Sequence record: LR745708
Length of the DNA stretch: 40,606 nucleotides
Reading direction: 5' to 3' (one strand)
Source of the DNA: Escherichia phage T7
The position numbers were made by a program, and so were the translations under genes. The notes beneath the pieces were generated by a model that did not search any database, was not told the origin of the DNA, and worked only from the letters and a program-made list of their open reading frames with translations. The stretch's first letter is position 1. Every line of letters starts with the position of its first letter. Of the stretch, positions 21,951 to 33,500 are shown one piece after another.

Positions 21951-22874
21951 ATGGCTGAATCTAATGCAGACGTATATGCATCTTTTGGCGTGAACTCCGC
22001 TGTGATGTCTGGTGGTTCCGTTGAGGAACATGAGCAGAACATGCTGGCTCTTGATGTTGCTGCCCGTGATGGCGATGATGCAATCGAGTTAGCGTCAGAC
22101 GAAGTGGAAACAGAACGTGACCTGTATGACAACTCTGACCCGTTCGGTCAAGAGGATGACGAAGGCCGCATTCAGGTTCGTATCGGTGATGGCTCTGAGC
22201 CGACCGATGTGGACACTGGAGAAGAAGGCGTTGAGGGCACCGAAGGTTCCGAAGAGTTTACCCCACTGGGCGAGACTCCAGAAGAACTGGTAGCTGCCTC
22301 TGAGCAACTTGGTGAGCACGAAGAGGGCTTCCAAGAGATGATTAACATTGCTGCTGAGCGTGGCATGAGTGTCGAGACCATTGAGGCTATCCAGCGTGAG
22401 TACGAGGAGAACGAAGAGTTGTCCGCCGAGTCCTACGCTAAGCTGGCTGAAATTGGCTACACGAAGGCTTTCATTGACTCGTATATCCGTGGTCAAGAAG
22501 CTCTGGTGGAGCAGTACGTAAACAGTGTCATTGAGTACGCTGGTGGTCGTGAACGTTTTGATGCACTGTATAACCACCTTGAGACGCACAACCCTGAGGC
22601 TGCACAGTCGCTGGATAATGCGTTGACCAATCGTGACTTAGCGACCGTTAAGGCTATCATCAACTTGGCTGGTGAGTCTCGCGCTAAGGCGTTCGGTCGT
22701 AAGCCAACTCGTAGTGTGACTAATCGTGCTATTCCGGCTAAACCTCAGGCTACCAAGCGTGAAGGCTTTGCGGACCGTAGCGAGATGATTAAAGCTATGA
22801 GTGACCCTCGGTATCGCACAGATGCCAACTATCGTCGTCAAGTCGAACAGAAAGTAATCGATTCGAACTTCTGA
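21951..22874 (+). CDS. 9: Gene 9 capsid assembly (scaffolding) protein
   Basis: 307-aa acidic ORF MAESNADVYASFGVNSAVMSGG... Confidence 0.95.
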   Translation: MAESNADVYASFGVNSAVMSGGSVEEHEQNMLALDVAARDGDDAIELASDEVETERDLYDNSDPFGQEDDEGRIQVRIGDGSEPTDVDTGEEGVEGTEGSEEFTPLGETPEELVAASEQLGEHEEGFQEMINIAAERGMSVETIEAIQREYEENEELSAESYAKLAEIGYTKAFIDSYIRGQEALVEQYVNSVIEYAGGRERFDALYNHLETHNPEAAQSLDNALTNRDLATVKAIINLAGESRAKAFGRKPTRSVTNRAIPAKPQATKREGFADRSEMIKAMSDPRYRTDANYRRQVEQKVIDSNF

Positions 22875-22887
22875 TAGACTTCGAAAT

Positions 22888-22910
22888 TAATACGACTCAC
22901 TATAGGGAGA
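22888..22910 (+). promoter_or_regulatory. T7 promoter phi10 (strong late promoter)
   Basis: taatacgactcactatagggaga followed by the gene 10 leader and RBS aagaaggagatatacatATG. Confidence 0.95.
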
Positions 22911-22967
22911 CCACAACGGTTTCCCTCTAGAAATAATTTTGTTTAACTTTAAGAAGGAGATATACAT

Positions 22968-24005
22968 ATGGCTAGCATGACTGGTGGACAGCAAATGGGT
23001 ACTAACCAAGGTAAAGGTGTAGTTGCTGCTGGAGATAAACTGGCGTTGTTCTTGAAGGTATTTGGCGGTGAAGTCCTGACTGCGTTCGCTCGTACCTCCG
23101 TGACCACTTCTCGCCACATGGTACGTTCCATCTCCAGCGGTAAATCCGCTCAGTTCCCTGTTCTGGGTCGCACTCAGGCAGCGTATCTGGCTCCGGGCGA
23201 GAACCTCGACGATAAACGTAAGGACATCAAACACACCGAGAAGGTAATCACCATTGACGGTCTCCTGACGGCTGACGTTCTGATTTATGATATTGAGGAC
23301 GCGATGAACCACTACGACGTTCGCTCTGAGTATACCTCTCAGTTGGGTGAATCTCTGGCGATGGCTGCGGATGGTGCGGTTCTGGCTGAGATTGCCGGTC
23401 TGTGTAACGTGGAAAGCAAATATAATGAGAACATCGAGGGCTTAGGTACTGCTACCGTAATTGAGACCACTCAGAACAAGGCCGCACTTACCGACCAAGT
23501 TGCGCTGGGTAAGGAGATTATTGCGGCTCTGACTAAGGCTCGTGCGGCTCTGACCAAGAACTATGTTCCGGCTGCTGACCGTGTGTTCTACTGTGACCCA
23601 GATAGCTACTCTGCGATTCTGGCAGCACTGATGCCGAACGCAGCAAACTACGCTGCTCTGATTGACCCTGAGAAGGGTTCTATCCGCAACGTTATGGGCT
23701 TTGAGGTTGTAGAAGTTCCGCACCTCACCGCTGGTGGTGCTGGTACCGCTCGTGAGGGCACTACTGGTCAGAAGCACGTCTTCCCTGCCAATAAAGGTGA
23801 GGGTAATGTCAAGGTTGCTAAGGACAACGTTATCGGCCTGTTCATGCACCGCTCTGCGGTAGGTACTGTTAAGCTGCGTGACTTGGCTCTGGAGCGCGCT
23901 CGCCGTGCTAACTTCCAAGCGGACCAGATTATCGCTAAGTACGCAATGGGCCACGGTGGTCTTCGCCCAGAAGCTGCTGGTGCAGTGGTTTTCAAAGTGG
24001 AGTAA
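22968..24005 (+). CDS. 10A: Gene 10A major capsid protein
   Basis: 345 aa beginning MASMTGGQQMG... Confidence 0.98.
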   Translation: MASMTGGQQMGTNQGKGVVAAGDKLALFLKVFGGEVLTAFARTSVTTSRHMVRSISSGKSAQFPVLGRTQAAYLAPGENLDDKRKDIKHTEKVITIDGLLTADVLIYDIEDAMNHYDVRSEYTSQLGESLAMAADGAVLAEIAGLCNVESKYNENIEGLGTATVIETTQNKAALTDQVALGKEIIAALTKARAALTKNYVPAADRVFYCDPDSYSAILAALMPNAANYAALIDPEKGSIRNVMGFEVVEVPHLTAGGAGTAREGTTGQKHVFPANKGEGNVKVAKDNVIGLFMHRSAVGTVKLRDLALERARRANFQADQIIAKYAMGHGGLRPEAAGAVVFKVE

Positions 24006-24160
24006 TGCTGGGGGTGGCCTCAACGGTCGCTGCTAGTCCCGAAGAGGCGAGTGTTACTTCAACAGAAGAAACCTTAACGCCAGCACAGGAGGCCGCACGC
24101 ACCCGCGCTGCTAACAAAGCCCGAAAGGAAGCTGAGTTGGCTGCTGCCACCGCTGAGTAA
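22968..24160 (+). CDS. 10B: Gene 10B minor capsid protein (-1 frameshift extension of 10A)
   Basis: Shifting to the -1 frame at the GGTTTTC region (~23988-23993) gives ...FQSGVMLGVASTVAASPEEASVTSTEETLTPAQEAARTRAANKARKEAELAAATAE, ending at TAA 24158-24160. Confidence 0.8.
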
Positions 24161-24163
24161 TAA

Positions 24164-24212
24164 CTAGCATAACCCCTTGGGGCCTCTAAACGGGTCTTGA
24201 GGGGTTTTTTGC
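24164..24212 (+). terminator. Tphi, terminator for T7 RNA polymerase
   Basis: ctagcataaccccttggggcctctaaacgggtcttgaggggttttttg. Confidence 0.95.
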
Positions 24213-24228
24213 TGAAAGGAGGAACTAT

Positions 24229-24819
24229 ATGCGCTCATACGATATGAACGTTGAGACTGCCGCTGAGTTATCAGCTGTGAACGACATTCTGGCGTCTATC
24301 GGTGAACCTCCGGTATCAACGCTGGAAGGTGACGCTAACGCAGATGCAGCGAACGCTCGGCGTATTCTCAACAAGATTAACCGACAGATTCAATCTCGTG
24401 GATGGACGTTCAACATTGAGGAAGGCATAACGCTACTACCTGATGTTTACTCCAACCTGATTGTATACAGTGACGACTATTTATCCCTAATGTCTACTTC
24501 CGGTCAATCCATCTACGTTAACCGAGGTGGCTATGTGTATGACCGAACGAGTCAATCAGACCGCTTTGACTCTGGTATTACTGTGAACATTATTCGTCTC
24601 CGCGACTACGATGAGATGCCTGAGTGCTTCCGTTACTGGATTGTCACCAAGGCTTCCCGTCAGTTCAACAACCGATTCTTTGGGGCACCGGAAGTAGAGG
24701 GTGTACTCCAAGAAGAGGAAGATGAGGCTAGACGTCTCTGCATGGAGTATGAGATGGACTACGGTGGGTACAATATGCTGGATGGAGATGCGTTCACTTC
24801 TGGTCTACTGACTCGCTAA
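24229..24819 (+). CDS. 11: Gene 11 tail tubular protein A
   Basis: 196-aa ORF after GGAGG; T7 position. Confidence 0.9.
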
Positions 24820-24842
24820 CATTAATAAATAAGGAGGCTCTA

Positions 24843-27227
24843 ATGGCACTCATTAGCCAATCAATCAAGAACTTGAGGGGTGGTATCAGCCAACAGCCTG
24901 ACATCCTTCGTTATCCAGACCAAGGGTCACGCCAAGTTAACGGTTGGTCTTCGGAGACCGAGGGCCTCCAAAAGCGTCCACCTCTTGTTTTCTTAAATAC
25001 ACTTGGAGACAACGGTGCGTTAGGTCAAGCTCCGTACATCCACCTGATTAACCGAGATGAGCACGAACAGTATTACGCTGTGTTCACTGGTAGCGGAATC
25101 CGAGTGTTCGACCTTTCTGGTAACGAGAAGCAAGTTAGGTATCCTAACGGTTCCAACTACATCAAGACCGCTAATCCACGTAACGACCTGCGAATGGTTA
25201 CTGTAGCAGACTATACGTTCATCGTTAACCGTAACGTTGTTGCACAGAAGAACACAAAGTCTGTCAACTTACCGAATTACAACCCTAATCAAGACGGATT
25301 GATTAACGTTCGTGGTGGTCAGTATGGTAGGGAACTAATTGTACACATTAACGGTAAAGACGTTGCGAAGTATAAGATACCAGATGGTAGTCAACCTGAA
25401 CACGTAAACAATACGGATGCCCAATGGTTAGCTGAAGAGTTAGCCAAGCAGATGCGCACTAACTTGTCTGATTGGACTGTAAATGTAGGGCAAGGGTTCA
25501 TCCATGTGACCGCACCTAGTGGTCAACAGATTGACTCCTTCACGACTAAAGATGGCTACGCAGACCAGTTGATTAACCCTGTGACCCACTACGCTCAGTC
25601 GTTCTCTAAGCTGCCACCTAATGCTCCTAACGGCTACATGGTGAAAATCGTAGGGGACGCCTCTAAGTCTGCCGACCAGTATTACGTTCGGTATGACGCT
25701 GAGCGGAAAGTTTGGACTGAGACTTTAGGTTGGAACACTGAGGACCAAGTTCTATGGGAAACCATGCCACACGCTCTTGTGCGAGCCGCTGACGGTAATT
25801 TCGACTTCAAGTGGCTTGAGTGGTCTCCTAAGTCTTGTGGTGACGTTGACACCAACCCTTGGCCTTCTTTTGTTGGTTCAAGTATTAACGATGTGTTCTT
25901 CTTCCGTAACCGCTTAGGATTCCTTAGTGGGGAGAACATCATATTGAGTCGTACAGCCAAATACTTCAACTTCTACCCTGCGTCCATTGCGAACCTTAGT
26001 GATGACGACCCTATAGACGTAGCTGTGAGTACCAACCGAATAGCAATCCTTAAGTACGCCGTTCCGTTCTCAGAAGAGTTACTCATCTGGTCCGATGAAG
26101 CACAATTCGTCCTGACTGCCTCGGGTACTCTCACATCTAAGTCGGTTGAGTTGAACCTAACGACCCAGTTTGACGTACAGGACCGAGCGAGACCTTTTGG
26201 GATTGGGCGTAATGTCTACTTTGCTAGTCCGAGGTCCAGCTTCACGTCCATCCACAGGTACTACGCTGTGCAGGATGTCAGTTCCGTTAAGAATGCTGAG
26301 GACATTACATCACACGTTCCTAACTACATCCCTAATGGTGTGTTCAGTATTTGCGGAAGTGGTACGGAAAACTTCTGTTCGGTACTATCTCACGGGGACC
26401 CTAGTAAAATCTTCATGTACAAATTCCTGTACCTGAACGAAGAGTTAAGGCAACAGTCGTGGTCTCATTGGGACTTTGGGGAAAACGTACAGGTTCTAGC
26501 TTGTCAGAGTATCAGCTCAGATATGTATGTGATTCTTCGCAATGAGTTCAATACGTTCCTAGCTAGAATCTCTTTCACTAAGAACGCCATTGACTTACAG
26601 GGAGAACCCTATCGTGCCTTTATGGACATGAAGATTCGATACACGATTCCTAGTGGAACATACAACGATGACACATTCACTACCTCTATTCATATTCCAA
26701 CAATTTATGGTGCAAACTTCGGGAGGGGCAAAATCACTGTATTGGAGCCTGATGGTAAGATAACCGTGTTTGAGCAACCTACGGCTGGGTGGAATAGCGA
26801 CCCTTGGCTGAGACTCAGCGGTAACTTGGAGGGACGCATGGTGTACATTGGGTTCAACATTAACTTCGTATATGAGTTCTCTAAGTTCCTCATCAAGCAG
26901 ACTGCCGACGACGGGTCTACCTCCACGGAAGACATTGGGCGCTTACAGTTACGCCGAGCGTGGGTTAACTACGAGAACTCTGGTACGTTTGACATTTATG
27001 TTGAGAACCAATCGTCTAACTGGAAGTACACAATGGCTGGTGCCCGATTAGGCTCTAACACTCTGAGGGCTGGGAGACTGAACTTAGGGACCGGACAATA
27101 TCGATTCCCTGTGGTTGGTAACGCCAAGTTCAACACTGTATACATCTTGTCAGATGAGACTACCCCTCTGAACATCATTGGGTGTGGCTGGGAAGGTAAC
27201 TACTTACGGAGAAGTTCCGGTATTTAA
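24843..27227 (+). CDS. 12: Gene 12 tail tubular protein B
   Basis: 794-aa ORF MALISQSIKNLRGGISQQPD... Confidence 0.95.
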   Translation: MALISQSIKNLRGGISQQPDILRYPDQGSRQVNGWSSETEGLQKRPPLVFLNTLGDNGALGQAPYIHLINRDEHEQYYAVFTGSGIRVFDLSGNEKQVRYPNGSNYIKTANPRNDLRMVTVADYTFIVNRNVVAQKNTKSVNLPNYNPNQDGLINVRGGQYGRELIVHINGKDVAKYKIPDGSQPEHVNNTDAQWLAEELAKQMRTNLSDWTVNVGQGFIHVTAPSGQQIDSFTTKDGYADQLINPVTHYAQSFSKLPPNAPNGYMVKIVGDASKSADQYYVRYDAERKVWTETLGWNTEDQVLWETMPHALVRAADGNFDFKWLEWSPKSCGDVDTNPWPSFVGSSINDVFFFRNRLGFLSGENIILSRTAKYFNFYPASIANLSDDDPIDVAVSTNRIAILKYAVPFSEELLIWSDEAQFVLTASGTLTSKSVELNLTTQFDVQDRARPFGIGRNVYFASPRSSFTSIHRYYAVQDVSSVKNAEDITSHVPNYIPNGVFSICGSGTENFCSVLSHGDPSKIFMYKFLYLNEELRQQSWSHWDFGENVQVLACQSISSDMYVILRNEFNTFLARISFTKNAIDLQGEPYRAFMDMKIRYTIPSGTYNDDTFTTSIHIPTIYGANFGRGKITVLEPDGKITVFEQPTAGWNSDPWLRLSGNLEGRMVYIGFNINFVYEFSKFLIKQTADDGSTSTEDIGRLQLRRAWVNYENSGTFDIYVENQSSNWKYTMAGARLGSNTLRAGRLNLGTGQYRFPVVGNAKFNTVYILSDETTPLNIIGCGWEGNYLRRSSGI

Positions 27228-27257
27228 TTAAATATTCTCCCTGTGGTGGCTCGAAAT

Positions 27258-27280
27258 TAATACGACTCACTATAGGGAGA
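27258..27280 (+). promoter_or_regulatory. T7 promoter phi13
   Basis: taatacgactcactatagggaga. Confidence 0.9.
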
Positions 27281-27307
27281 ACAATACGACTACGGGAGGG
27301 TTTTCTT

Positions 27308-27724
27308 ATGATGACTATAAGACCTACTAAAAGTACAGACTTTGAGGTATTCACTCCGGCTCACCATGACATTCTTGAAGCTAAGGCTGCTGGTATTGAG
27401 CCGAGTTTCCCTGATGCTTCCGAGTGTGTCACGTTGAGCCTCTATGGGTTCCCTCTAGCTATCGGTGGTAACTGCGGGGACCAGTGCTGGTTCGTTACGA
27501 GCGACCAAGTGTGGCGACTTAGTGGAAAGGCTAAGCGAAAGTTCCGTAAGTTAATCATGGAGTATCGCGATAAGATGCTTGAGAAGTATGATACTCTTTG
27601 GAATTACGTATGGGTAGGCAATACGTCCCACATTCGTTTCCTCAAGACTATCGGTGCGGTATTCCATGAAGAGTACACACGAGATGGTCAATTTCAGTTA
27701 TTTACAATCACGAAAGGAGGATAA
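27308..27724 (+). CDS. 13: Gene 13 internal virion protein A
   Basis: 138-aa ORF; T7 position. Confidence 0.85.
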   Translation: MMTIRPTKSTDFEVFTPAHHDILEAKAAGIEPSFPDASECVTLSLYGFPLAIGGNCGDQCWFVTSDQVWRLSGKAKRKFRKLIMEYRDKMLEKYDTLWNYVWVGNTSHIRFLKTIGAVFHEEYTRDGQFQLFTITKGG

Positions 27725-27728
27725 CCAT

Positions 27729-28319
27729 ATGTGTTGGGCAGCCGCAATACCTATCGCTATATCTGGCGCTCAGGCTATCAGTGGTCAGAACGCTCAGGCC
27801 AAAATGATTGCCGCTCAGACCGCTGCTGGTCGTCGTCAAGCTATGGAAATCATGAGGCAGACGAACATCCAGAATGCTGACCTATCGTTGCAAGCTCGAA
27901 GTAAACTTGAGGAAGCGTCCGCCGAGTTGACCTCACAGAACATGCAGAAGGTCCAAGCTATTGGGTCTATCCGAGCGGCTATCGGAGAGAGTATGCTTGA
28001 AGGTTCCTCAATGGACCGCATTAAGCGAGTCACAGAAGGACAGTTCATTCGGGAAGCCAATATGGTAACTGAGAACTATCGCCGTGACTACCAAGCAATC
28101 TTCGCACAGCAACTTGGTGGTACTCAAAGTGCTGCAAGTCAGATTGACGAAATCTATAAGAGCGAACAGAAACAGAAGAGTAAGCTACAGATGGTTCTGG
28201 ACCCACTGGCTATCATGGGGTCTTCCGCTGCGAGTGCTTACGCATCCGGTGCGTTCGACTCTAAGTCCACAACTAAGGCACCTATTGTTGCCGCTAAAGG
28301 AACCAAGACGGGGAGGTAA
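27729..28319 (+). CDS. 14: Gene 14 internal virion protein B
   Basis: ATG at 27729 after GGAGG; 196 aa MCWAAAIPIAISGAQ...; ORF-track start 27654 is an upstream extension. Confidence 0.85.
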   Translation: MCWAAAIPIAISGAQAISGQNAQAKMIAAQTAAGRRQAMEIMRQTNIQNADLSLQARSKLEEASAELTSQNMQKVQAIGSIRAAIGESMLEGSSMDRIKRVTEGQFIREANMVTENYRRDYQAIFAQQLGGTQSAASQIDEIYKSEQKQKSKLQMVLDPLAIMGSSAASAYASGAFDSKSTTKAPIVAAKGTKTGR

Positions 28320-28325
28320 TGAGCT

Positions 28326-30569
28326 ATGAGTAAAATTGAATCTGCCCTTCAAGCGGCACAACCGGGACTCTCTCGGTTACGTGGTGGTGCTGGAGGTATG
28401 GGCTATCGTGCAGCAACCACTCAGGCCGAACAGCCAAGGTCAAGCCTATTGGACACCATTGGTCGGTTCGCTAAGGCTGGTGCCGATATGTATACCGCTA
28501 AGGAACAACGAGCACGAGACCTAGCTGATGAACGCTCTAACGAGATTATCCGTAAGCTGACCCCTGAGCAACGTCGAGAAGCTCTCAACAACGGGACCCT
28601 TCTGTATCAGGATGACCCATACGCTATGGAAGCACTCCGAGTCAAGACTGGTCGTAACGCTGCGTATCTTGTGGACGATGACGTTATGCAGAAGATAAAA
28701 GAGGGTGTCTTCCGTACTCGCGAAGAGATGGAAGAGTATCGCCATAGTCGCCTTCAAGAGGGCGCTAAGGTATACGCTGAGCAGTTCGGCATCGACCCTG
28801 AGGACGTTGATTATCAGCGTGGTTTCAACGGGGACATTACCGAGCGTAACATCTCGCTGTATGGTGCGCATGATAACTTCTTGAGCCAGCAAGCTCAGAA
28901 GGGCGCTATCATGAACAGCCGAGTGGAACTCAACGGTGTCCTTCAAGACCCTGATATGCTGCGTCGTCCAGACTCTGCTGACTTCTTTGAGAAGTATATC
29001 GACAACGGTCTGGTTACTGGCGCAATCCCATCTGATGCTCAAGCCACACAGCTTATAAGCCAAGCGTTCAGTGACGCTTCTAGCCGTGCTGGTGGTGCTG
29101 ACTTCCTGATGCGAGTCGGTGACAAGAAGGTAACACTTAACGGAGCCACTACGACTTACCGAGAGTTGATTGGTGAGGAACAGTGGAACGCTCTCATGGT
29201 CACAGCACAACGTTCTCAGTTTGAGACTGACGCGAAGCTGAACGAGCAGTATCGCTTGAAGATTAACTCTGCGCTGAACCAAGAGGACCCAAGGACAGCT
29301 TGGGAGATGCTTCAAGGTATCAAGGCTGAACTAGATAAGGTCCAACCTGATGAGCAGATGACACCACAACGTGAGTGGCTAATCTCCGCACAGGAACAAG
29401 TTCAGAATCAGATGAACGCATGGACGAAAGCTCAGGCCAAGGCTCTGGACGATTCCATGAAGTCAATGAACAAACTTGACGTAATCGACAAGCAATTCCA
29501 GAAGCGAATCAACGGTGAGTGGGTCTCAACGGATTTTAAGGATATGCCAGTCAACGAGAACACTGGTGAGTTCAAGCATAGCGATATGGTTAACTACGCC
29601 AATAAGAAGCTCGCTGAGATTGACAGTATGGACATTCCAGACGGTGCCAAGGATGCTATGAAGTTGAAGTACCTTCAAGCGGACTCTAAGGACGGAGCAT
29701 TCCGTACAGCCATCGGAACCATGGTCACTGACGCTGGTCAAGAGTGGTCTGCCGCTGTGATTAACGGTAAGTTACCAGAACGAACCCCAGCTATGGATGC
29801 TCTGCGCAGAATCCGCAATGCTGACCCTCAGTTGATTGCTGCGCTATACCCAGACCAAGCTGAGCTATTCCTGACGATGGACATGATGGACAAGCAGGGT
29901 ATTGACCCTCAGGTTATTCTTGATGCCGACCGACTGACTGTTAAGCGGTCCAAAGAGCAACGCTTTGAGGATGATAAAGCATTCGAGTCTGCACTGAATG
30001 CATCTAAGGCTCCTGAGATTGCCCGTATGCCAGCGTCACTGCGCGAATCTGCACGTAAGATTTATGACTCCGTTAAGTATCGCTCGGGGAACGAAAGCAT
30101 GGCTATGGAGCAGATGACCAAGTTCCTTAAGGAATCTACCTACACGTTCACTGGTGATGATGTTGACGGTGATACCGTTGGTGTGATTCCTAAGAATATG
30201 ATGCAGGTTAACTCTGACCCGAAATCATGGGAGCAAGGTCGGGATATTCTGGAGGAAGCACGTAAGGGAATCATTGCGAGCAACCCTTGGATAACCAATA
30301 AGCAACTGACCATGTATTCTCAAGGTGACTCCATTTACCTTATGGACACCACAGGTCAAGTCAGAGTCCGATACGACAAAGAGTTACTCTCGAAGGTCTG
30401 GAGTGAGAACCAGAAGAAACTCGAAGAGAAAGCTCGTGAGAAGGCTCTGGCTGATGTGAACAAGCGAGCACCTATAGTTGCCGCTACGAAGGCCCGTGAA
30501 GCTGCTGCTAAACGAGTCCGAGAGAAACGTAAACAGACTCCTAAGTTCATCTACGGACGTAAGGAGTAA
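28326..30569 (+). CDS. 15: Gene 15 internal virion protein C
   Basis: 747-aa ORF. Confidence 0.9.
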   Translation: MSKIESALQAAQPGLSRLRGGAGGMGYRAATTQAEQPRSSLLDTIGRFAKAGADMYTAKEQRARDLADERSNEIIRKLTPEQRREALNNGTLLYQDDPYAMEALRVKTGRNAAYLVDDDVMQKIKEGVFRTREEMEEYRHSRLQEGAKVYAEQFGIDPEDVDYQRGFNGDITERNISLYGAHDNFLSQQAQKGAIMNSRVELNGVLQDPDMLRRPDSADFFEKYIDNGLVTGAIPSDAQATQLISQAFSDASSRAGGADFLMRVGDKKVTLNGATTTYRELIGEEQWNALMVTAQRSQFETDAKLNEQYRLKINSALNQEDPRTAWEMLQGIKAELDKVQPDEQMTPQREWLISAQEQVQNQMNAWTKAQAKALDDSMKSMNKLDVIDKQFQKRINGEWVSTDFKDMPVNENTGEFKHSDMVNYANKKLAEIDSMDIPDGAKDAMKLKYLQADSKDGAFRTAIGTMVTDAGQEWSAAVINGKLPERTPAMDALRRIRNADPQLIAALYPDQAELFLTMDMMDKQGIDPQVILDADRLTVKRSKEQRFEDDKAFESALNASKAPEIARMPASLRESARKIYDSVKYRSGNESMAMEQMTKFLKESTYTFTGDDVDGDTVGVIPKNMMQVNSDPKSWEQGRDILEEARKGIIASNPWITNKQLTMYSQGDSIYLMDTTGQVRVRYDKELLSKVWSENQKKLEEKAREKALADVNKRAPIVAATKAREAAAKRVREKRKQTPKFIYGRKE

Positions 30570-30595
30570 CTAAAGGCTACATAAGGAGGCCCTAA

Positions 30596-33500
30596 ATGGA
30601 TAAGTACGATAAGAACGTACCAAGTGATTATGATGGTCTGTTCCAAAAGGCTGCTGATGCCAACGGGGTCTCTTATGACCTTTTACGTAAAGTCGCTTGG
30701 ACAGAATCACGATTTGTGCCTACAGCAAAATCTAAGACTGGACCATTAGGCATGATGCAATTTACCAAGGCAACCGCTAAGGCCCTCGGTCTGCGAGTTA
30801 CCGATGGTCCAGACGACGACCGACTGAACCCTGAGTTAGCTATTAATGCTGCCGCTAAGCAACTTGCAGGTCTGGTAGGGAAGTTTGATGGCGATGAACT
30901 CAAAGCTGCCCTTGCGTACAACCAAGGCGAGGGACGCTTGGGTAATCCACAACTTGAGGCGTACTCTAAGGGAGACTTCGCATCAATCTCTGAGGAGGGA
31001 CGTAACTACATGCGTAACCTTCTGGATGTTGCTAAGTCACCTATGGCTGGACAGTTGGAAACTTTTGGTGGCATAACCCCAAAGGGTAAAGGCATTCCGG
31101 CTGAGGTAGGATTGGCTGGAATTGGTCACAAGCAGAAAGTAACACAGGAACTTCCTGAGTCCACAAGTTTTGACGTTAAGGGTATCGAACAGGAGGCTAC
31201 GGCGAAACCATTCGCCAAGGACTTTTGGGAGACCCACGGAGAAACACTTGACGAGTACAACAGTCGTTCAACCTTCTTCGGATTCAAAAATGCTGCCGAA
31301 GCTGAACTCTCCAACTCAGTCGCTGGGATGGCTTTCCGTGCTGGTCGTCTCGATAATGGTTTTGATGTGTTTAAAGACACCATTACGCCGACTCGCTGGA
31401 ACTCTCACATCTGGACTCCAGAGGAGTTAGAGAAGATTCGAACAGAGGTTAAGAACCCTGCGTACATCAACGTTGTAACTGGTGGTTCCCCTGAGAACCT
31501 CGATGACCTCATTAAATTGGCTAACGAGAACTTTGAGAATGACTCCCGCGCTGCCGAGGCTGGCCTAGGTGCCAAACTGAGTGCTGGTATTATTGGTGCT
31601 GGTGTGGACCCGCTTAGCTATGTTCCTATGGTCGGTGTCACTGGTAAGGGCTTTAAGTTAATCAATAAGGCTCTTGTAGTTGGTGCCGAAAGTGCTGCTC
31701 TGAACGTTGCATCCGAAGGTCTCCGTACCTCCGTAGCTGGTGGTGACGCAGACTATGCGGGTGCTGCCTTAGGTGGCTTTGTGTTTGGCGCAGGCATGTC
31801 TGCAATCAGTGACGCTGTAGCTGCTGGACTGAAACGCAGTAAACCAGAAGCTGAGTTCGACAATGAGTTCATCGGTCCTATGATGCGATTGGAAGCCCGT
31901 GAGACAGCACGAAACGCCAACTCTGCGGACCTCTCTCGGATGAACACTGAGAACATGAAGTTTGAAGGTGAACATAATGGTGTCCCTTATGAGGACTTAC
32001 CAACAGAGAGAGGTGCCGTGGTGTTACATGATGGCTCCGTTCTAAGTGCAAGCAACCCAATCAACCCTAAGACTCTAAAAGAGTTCTCCGAGGTTGACCC
32101 TGAGAAGGCTGCGCGAGGAATCAAACTGGCTGGGTTCACCGAGATTGGCTTGAAGACCTTGGGGTCTGACGATGCTGACATCCGTAGAGTGGCTATCGAC
32201 CTCGTTCGCTCTCCTACTGGTATGCAGTCTGGTGCCTCAGGTAAGTTCGGTGCAACAGCTTCTGACATCCATGAGAGACTTCATGGTACTGACCAGCGTA
32301 CTTATAATGACTTGTACAAAGCAATGTCTGACGCTATGAAAGACCCTGAGTTCTCTACTGGCGGCGCTAAGATGTCCCGTGAAGAAACTCGATACACTAT
32401 CTACCGTAGAGCGGCACTAGCTATTGAGCGTCCAGAACTACAGAAGGCACTCACTCCGTCTGAGAGAATCGTTATGGACATCATTAAGCGTCACTTTGAC
32501 ACCAAGCGTGAACTTATGGAAAACCCAGCAATATTCGGTAACACAAAGGCTGTGAGTATCTTCCCTGAGAGTCGCCACAAAGGTACTTACGTTCCTCACG
32601 TATATGACCGTCATGCCAAGGCGCTGATGATTCAACGCTACGGTGCCGAAGGTTTGCAGGAAGGGATTGCCCGCTCATGGATGAACAGCTACGTCTCCAG
32701 ACCTGAGGTCAAGGCCAGAGTCGATGAGATGCTTAAGGAATTACACGGGGTGAAGGAAGTAACACCAGAGATGGTAGAGAAGTACGCTATGGATAAGGCT
32801 TATGGTATCTCCCACTCAGACCAGTTCACCAACAGTTCCATAATAGAAGAGAACATTGAGGGCTTAGTAGGTATCGAGAATAACTCATTCCTTGAGGCAC
32901 GTAACTTGTTTGATTCGGACCTATCCATCACTATGCCAGACGGACAGCAATTCTCAGTGAATGACCTAAGGGACTTCGATATGTTCCGCATCATGCCAGC
33001 GTATGACCGCCGTGTCAATGGTGACATCGCCATCATGGGGTCTACTGGTAAAACCACTAAGGAACTTAAGGATGAGATTTTGGCTCTCAAAGCGAAAGCT
33101 GAGGGAGACGGTAAGAAGACTGGCGAGGTACATGCTTTAATGGATACCGTTAAGATTCTTACTGGTCGTGCTAGACGCAATCAGGACACTGTGTGGGAAA
33201 CCTCACTGCGTGCCATCAATGACCTAGGGTTCTTCGCTAAGAACGCCTACATGGGTGCTCAGAACATTACGGAGATTGCTGGGATGATTGTCACTGGTAA
33301 CGTTCGTGCTCTAGGGCATGGTATCCCAATTCTGCGTGATACACTCTACAAGTCTAAACCAGTTTCAGCTAAGGAACTCAAGGAACTCCATGCGTCTCTG
33401 TTCGGGAAGGAGGTGGACCAGTTGATTCGGCCTAAACGTGCTGACATTGTGCAGCGCCTAAGGGAAGCAACTGATACCGGACCTGCCGTGGCGAACATCG

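Noticed and set aside
22888-23000. The phi10 promoter, leader, aagaaggagatatacatATG and MASMTGGQQMG look like a pET expression-vector cassette, suggesting a plasmid insert.
   Set aside because: This is the native T7 gene 10 control region from which pET vectors were derived. It is followed by the full capsid gene in its normal genomic position.
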